From assembly GCA_046563655.1 (NCBI GenBank), contig CM102287.1:7750001-7814000 (forward strand): 64,000 nucleotides of DNA, read 5' to 3'. Positions 58,201 to 64,000 of the stretch are shown piece after piece. Source of the DNA: Yuukianura sp. NJ FZ-2021. Taxonomy: Eukaryota. A model generated the notes under the pieces. The model worked only from the letters and a program-made list of their open reading frames with translations, made no database searches and was not told the DNA's origin. How positions within the stretch are numbered: position 1 is the first letter of the stretch; every line of letters begins with the position of its first letter. Made by a program: the position numbers and the translations under genes.

Positions 58201-61200
58201 TTTTATTGTTTTCCGTAGGACGTGACTGGATGTAACAGTAACGATAGTGCTAGTGGTCCAATTGGTGCTGGAATTCGGCCCTCGCCCTCGCCAACGGGAT
58301 CCGCAAGTTCACGGTCCATGTCACCCGCAGTCGGTAAGTTAAATGGAAAAAAAAATACTGCAATTACGTGTTGAAAATTCGAAAAATTTATTTCGAAGGA
58401 AGGTGAGGTGTTTGAATTCGAATTGGTACTGTACGAAATTTTATATGGTGCTGAGGCAGAAACGTGATAAAGTACTTATTTTGAAGTTTTTAAAGTTTTT
58501 TGACACTTCAAATGTGTTTATGTTGCGACACATCTTTTAATCAGTTCAATTTAAAGCTTACGTATCGGCAAAATTATGATTAGAATTACAAATTTTACAT
58601 GAGTTTTGTTGTACAGCACGCCGCTACTGGTTTGTAACATGAACGCGTACGTGACCTAAGTCAACATGTCAACAATAGGAAGGTGTAGTGTAATGACTAA
58701 ATTCAGTAATTGCAAAAGATTAGCATATAACTTTGAACTTGAGAGAACAATGGGAAGGTCTTTGATGTTAGCAAAAAAAAAAGTTTTGGTTGTATCCAAT
58801 TACTGGTCGTTTGACATGCGTCAAGGATTTCACGTGTACTTTGATTTACGTTTTGCACATTAATAACGGTGGAAGATGCGTTTTTAAATGGTTTTATAAG
58901 TTGTGGGAATCTGAATTTAAGAATGAAGTGTGTAAAAGTATGCGTGTAATCCAGAAATGTGTAAAAGTGCGTGTGTAATCAGGCGGAAGGTGGTGTACGG
59001 ATTACGGAGATTTGTTTGTGTTTATGTGTGTTCATTTCATTGATTGTGATTGTGAGAGGTCGTATTTGGATGTCAGCTGATCGTGGTGGGCCAGATGGAC
59101 CCTTCCAAAATAAACGTCTTTTACACGGGTTTAAGCGGAAAGTGGCGTTTTGTGTCTCGTCTGTACGTCTATATCCCTTATATAATAGTATTTGAAAGTT
59201 CATCGTCTCCTGAGAGGTTCCTTTTGAGTATGTATACTTGGTCTAAACCTTAACCAAAACCACTAGCTTATACTTTTACTTTCTTCTCCATCTTCAAGGA
59301 GTCCCTCGAGATGAATGAATGAAGAAAGGAAAATGTGTAGAAAGCGGAAGGAAGAAAACCCGCCAAAAAACGTATTAAAATGTAGGTCAGGGAAAGGACA
59401 CACGAGGAACAGGAACGGCTTTACGCTGCTCACTGAATTCGATCCCTGGAAAAAGAGAAGGAGATCCCTTAAGCTACTGCTGAGTGGAATAGGAAGCTGT
59501 CGCTGAAGGCTAAAGCCGAACCTAAACCTCAATTTTGTAAAGTGCTTCAACTTCATCTCCAATTTAGTGTTTAGTTTACGGAAGAGACACAATCCTTGTC
59601 AAAATCCATTTGGGATGATTAGAAGTGATCGAATTGAAAATTTAGAAAAGCTGACACGGGGTACATGGATGTTAGAAGAGTGAAAGATGAAGTACTTATA
59701 AAATGTTAGGCTATTCGTGGTTCAAGTTGTGTTAGTTTTTAGTTTGGTGTAAATTGGAATTTGGGTTTGGAAAAGTGGTTGAATTCTTTCGTTTCGCCAC
59801 GTGGTTTTTGGTGTATTAATGGTTTGTTATGATTCTTGACTTTTATTTTGTTTGTGTGTAAAATCAGCTGTTGTGGTGTGTAAATTGAGCTGGGGTTGTG
59901 TAGATAAAAGGGATATCTTTTGGGGGTTCTGCTGTAGTAATAAGGAGGAAAACAGGCGTTAATTGGGTCTCTCTCATTGTCCTAGGTAGGGATTTTTTTC
60001 AGGGAAGATAAGATTTTACACGCGTTACACGATTTTTATACACGTTATACGGATTTTTGAACGAATTTTTCCACTTTTGTGTGTGTGTTGTTTGGCTGTC
60101 TAAACATGAGTGAGCGATGAGGAAATTAAAATGGAAAATTGTTGACAATTTTTCAGCTTTTGGCTCACTTTCAATCTGCGGTTTCACTTTTCGCTAACCG
60201 GTCGGTGCACCGATCTAGTTTAGAAATTGAGGATTAGAATTAGAAATAAGATTAAGTTTAGGTTATAATAGGGATTTATTTCAGGTTATGGATTAGTTTA
60301 TGGATTATGGATTACGTGATTCTTAATTAACAATTACGATTTTTTGTTTAGTTTTGGAATGACTGAGTTAAGCTAGTTTTGAGCTAGACTTTTAAGCTGG
60401 GTTAGGTTACGGGTTTCGTTATACCGGTAGAGTGAGAGTGCGGTTCGTACGGTAGTTTGTGAGAGACGTGAACGTCTCCCATTTGTTGGTAATTGAATTA
60501 ATGAGGTTAGTTGTGTGAAGAAGTAAAATTGACCTTGGTAGGCCATTGACTGGGGAGTTCCATGAAAGAGTCAATGAAATCAGGTGGGAATGAGTCATTT
60601 CGTGGTTCCAATTACATGTTTCACTACTCCACTTCTTGAGTAGAGGGTGAGAAATGGTGTAAATATAGAAAACAAAAAGTTTAAGTGTGTCTTGGGGAAA
60701 TAATGGGTTAAAGAGGGGGTGGGGAGGGAACAAGAAAAAAGCGTGATGATGAGGAAGTTGTTTATGGTCGAGCACGTGTCGTCGGTTTTCACATTGATTT
60801 CTTTCAAAACTATTGTTCACATGTTGACTTTTGGCAGTTTGGGATAGGCTAAACCTAGCATAACTTAAGCTAAACCTAAGCCAAAGTTGATAGTAAACCG
60901 GTAGAGTTATGGGAGTTGACATGAAATCATGTTGCGTGAGAGCAGTAAATAATAATAATAAAAGTTATGATAAAAAAACAACACTTAAAAGTTCGATTTT
61001 TTAATATTTTGAACTTTTGTTATGGTTTTTCAGGGAATCCAAACATTCCGATGACCCCGAGACCTTGGAGTGGTCAAACTGAAAGCGGCCCACCAAGGAT
61101 ACCGAGTGACCACTACAGATCGAAAATTAAGGTAAAGTTGTAATGTAATGATTATGTTGTAAATGTTGTAAGTTTTGAAGTGTAATGTTGTGTTGAATGT

Positions 61201-63450
61201 TTTACAGAAGGCGGATAGTCTTAATAAACTGTATGAAATGGATGAAAATCCGGACAGGAGGATGTTTCTGGACAAACTACTGCATTTTATGGAGGAGCTC
61301 TCTACTCCGATTACAGCCTGTCCACAAATCTCTAAGAATCCATTGGATCTCTACAAACTTTATATCCTGGTCAAGGAACGAGGTGGATTCCTCGAAGTAA
61401 GTAAAACTCAAGTATGTGGCCTTTTTTCATTCTCTTTCTCTTTCGTTTTTGTTTTTGGTTTTGTAAAAAGAAAAATTAACAAATTATAACGCCTAATTCA
61501 GAGCAGAAGGCGCAAGAGAAAGGCCACCGCGCGTACAAAACTACCCGCTGCTGCAAAAAGTGCGAAATGAGCCTGTGAAAAGTGGTGAGAACAGTGGGTT
61601 TGTGTATTTTTGAAATTTCAAGAAGTTTAAAAAATTGCAAGAATTTTCAAAAATAACAAAAACCAGTGTAACCTTGTGCCTTTTCAATTGCAATCAGCGT
61701 ATAAATTGTGTGAATTGATACAAGAGACAAAATGAGTGAAACTTGTTTGAAAAGAAAAAAACCTTGGATGATGCGAATCTTCGGATGATGATTGGCCAGT
61801 TTAGAAAGCGCGCGTGCGATAGGATTTTGGTTTTGTTTTTAGTTTAATGTTTTTGAAAGTTATGTTTACAATTTGTTATTTTGTGAATTTCAGGTCACAA
61901 GAAACAAAACGTGGAAGGATATTGCAGGAAGCCTTGGAATTGGAGCTTCTTCCAGTGCAGCGTATACGCTTAGAAAGCACTACACCAAACATATTCTTCC
62001 GTTTGAATGTAAATTTGATCGAGGAGGAATCGATCCGCAGCCACTAATCAACCAAGTTGAACAACAAACGAAGAAGAAGGGGTCCAAGGCAGCTCCAGTA
62101 CCATCTCCCGGTTCCTCCAATTCCCAAGACTCATTTCCTGGTCCAAACTCAAGTAACAATACTGGCTCCATGGACAGTTTTCCAGGATATCCAAGTCCGT
62201 ATGGAGGTGGACAACCGGACTACAACTCTGCAACGCCACCAGGAGCTCCGCCTCAGCAGCAACAGAGGCCACCGCCAGCACAGGGACCACCACAACCTCC
62301 GCCAGGACAAACGAATCCACCACCTCATCCTGGTAAATTGAATGAAATTGAAAATTTAGTCTGTTCTTCTACTTGGCTGCCTTTGAATTGCTGCTTCGTA
62401 GAAGACTGCGATGAACGACGACTTTTTTGAAAATGCATTTCCAACTTGCGGCTGAAAGGGATTTTAAACCTGAAAAGATTTGCACGATGTAGTTGCAGTT
62501 TCAAAAAATCTTGTTCCTTCTTTAAATTTTTATTCTAGGAGCTTTAATTTTTGGTTTTTTGAAAGTTTTTGAGTTGGACTGTTTCATAGTAGGAGATTTT
62601 TCCTAAGAGTTTCTTGTTTTTAAATTTTAACTTTTTGCTAATACAAATTTTGAAAATTTGTATAATTCTATACATCAGGTGAGGATAACAATGTGAGTGT
62701 TTCAAATCCTTTCGATGACATTCCCGCGCCGTCGCTTGTACAGTCTGGATCACATCCGCCATCATACTTGTACCACCAGGGTATGTGCAACAGCCCAAAA
62801 CAACTTCCGTCACTTAATCATTGTCGTTCGTCCCGTCATCGTCTCTTCGTGTCAACTTTCGCTGCCAAATCACTTTTACTTTAGTTTTTACTTGGGTGTC
62901 AACTGCATGACCTTTTTAAAAAGAATACTAACGCTAGCAAGCATCGTGGCTTTGAACGTGTTTGTTAAGATTTTGTATTTGTGTTTGAGCACTGCTTTAA
63001 TTCTTTATTATCAAGCAGTAACCGGCAAAGATATGACTGATTGTTCTTTTGTTATGAATAGGCTATCAACCAGTTCCTGGGAATTATCCGCCGTATCCAC
63101 CTCCGCCTGGTAGTGATCATTATGGCAGAGGACCACCGCCACCAGGACATGATCAGTACGGACAGCAGTATCCTGGATATCCTCCTCCTGGGAGGCAAAT
63201 GTATCCGAGTTATCCTGGCAGTATGCCGGAACCTCCGCCAAACTCCCAGCCACCGTCTCAGCAACCGCCACCGACCGGTCCACCACCAGGAGCCGAAGAT
63301 TCACATCAACGATATGCCATGGGGCCACCACCAGCAGGAGGAAGTCCGCAAACGGGTGGGTATCCACCAAGAACACCAAATTACCCGCCAAGTTCTGTTC
63401 CACCGATGAACGGCTACTCTGACTACTATCAACAACACTCCAACGATCAG
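40234..63450 (+). CDS. osa: Trithorax group protein osa / ARID1 (BAF/BAP complex), partial; continues beyond the window
   Basis: Phase-compatible exons 40234-40710 (PTPTLNQLLQ), 45412-45903, 50342-50614, 58219-58333 (SPTGSASSRSMSPAV), 61034-61131, 61208-61396 and 61894-62332 (ARID: PLDLYKLYILVKERGGF..V..NKTWKDIA..LGIG.SSSAAYTLRKHY), 62679-62780 (SNPFDD) and 63062-63450. Confidence 0.95.
40857..41406. mobile_element. hAT(Ac-like) MITE in osa intron 1
   Basis: TIR AGGGATGCCGCGATAT / ATATCGCGGCATCCCT, dense subterminal ATATCGGC/GCCGATA repeats, imperfect ttcagt(t)at flanking duplication. Confidence 0.85.
44450..44520. repeat. ~32-bp tandem duplication
   Basis: gtattttttcacaactataaaaaaaaataca occurs twice. 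Confidence 0.85.
48548..49645. mobile_element. Non-autonomous TIR element (PIF/Harbinger-like termini), ~1.1 kb
   Basis: Perfect ~29-bp TIR aggggcccaattatgattcagagtgacag / ctgtcactctgaatcataattgggcccct. No intact ORF inside. Confidence 0.85.
52920..56156 (-). mobile_element. Full-length hATm-type DNA transposon in an osa intron
   Basis: 16-bp TIR TAGGGCAAATTTTCAA / TTGAAAATTTGCCCTA. 9-bp TSD ACATGGCAT at 52911-52919 and 56157-56165. Subterminal inverted repeat taaggggtccctca / tgagggacccctta. Confidence 0.95.
53121..55638 (-). CDS. hATm-type transposase, spliced, ~752 aa
   Basis: Exons 55638-55212, 55041-53378 and 53288-53121 join in frame with canonical GT-AG sites. Motifs VHWDSK, FDTTSVNTG, CRHH, RDDYKE, PGAMHHARWM, VVNDIAER. 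Confidence 0.9.
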
Positions 63451-63523
63451 GTAACGTTTTGACATTCACGGTCGATTTTTCGACGTTTGAATTAGGATCT
63501 CTGAGCTTTTTAGTAGCAATTAG

Positions 63524-63739
63524 CAGGGATGTCGAAAATATTTAGTCTCCATGCCCGTGATGTTAACAAAAATATTGGAAGGGTTTTTTGTTACCAAATA
63601 TTTATTTATTTTACTAAATTATTTACTTATTTGCCCATTCGCTTAATGTTAAATGGGTAAATATTTGGGCGATATTTTCAGAAAATATTTTTTTGGTGAA
63701 TATTTCGGGGGTGTTGAGAATATATTTTTGACAACCCTG
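63524..63739. mobile_element. hAT-type MITE in an osa intron
   Basis: TIR CAGGGATGTCGAAAATA / TATTTTTGACAACCCTG, with degenerate 8-bp TSD gcaattag / ataattag. Confidence 0.75.
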
Positions 63740-64000
63740 ATAATTAGTCTTTGCACTTTCGTTTCTTTACTTTTCTAACATTTCTGATTTAGTTTGTGTT
63801 CGCGGATTCAGATGAGTCCTCTGATCTTTCTTCGCTTAAACCCTCTTTAACACACGTAACACAAAAATCTTTTAAGTTTGAGCTCCATTTTAAATTTGTG
63901 CAGTTCTGATTGGTGGAGGCGAATTTGTTTCGTTTTTTGGCAACTTTTTCTTATTTTGGTTTTTTGTTGTTCAATCTTGTTTTTAGAGAAACTCGTTGGG

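Overview
Eukaryotic, gene-dense, short-intron arthropod DNA (hexapod, possibly a springtail; this is inferred from TTAGG-like repeats, a DRE motif and gene content). Left to right it holds: two tandem paralogous signal-peptide/Tyr-Gly-rich/single-TM genes of unknown family (minus strand); TRMT10C/MRPP1; RpS11 with two tandem-duplicated alternative versions of exon 2 and two intronic SNORD35/snR73-type box C/D snoRNAs; HPS4 (minus); a local segmental duplication with breakpoints in HPS4 exon 1 and katanin exon 1, carrying two diverged small HMG-box-like genes; katanin p60; MEAF6/Eaf6; a second, MIT-less katanin p60-like gene with alternative first exons; a hidden 3-exon 69-aa coiled-coil microprotein gene; jagunal (minus); and the 5' part of osa/ARID1. 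The large osa introns contain several MITEs and an apparently intact, spliced, autonomous hATm-type DNA transposon with perfect TIRs and a 9-bp TSD. All gene models were spliced by eye and no database searches were run.
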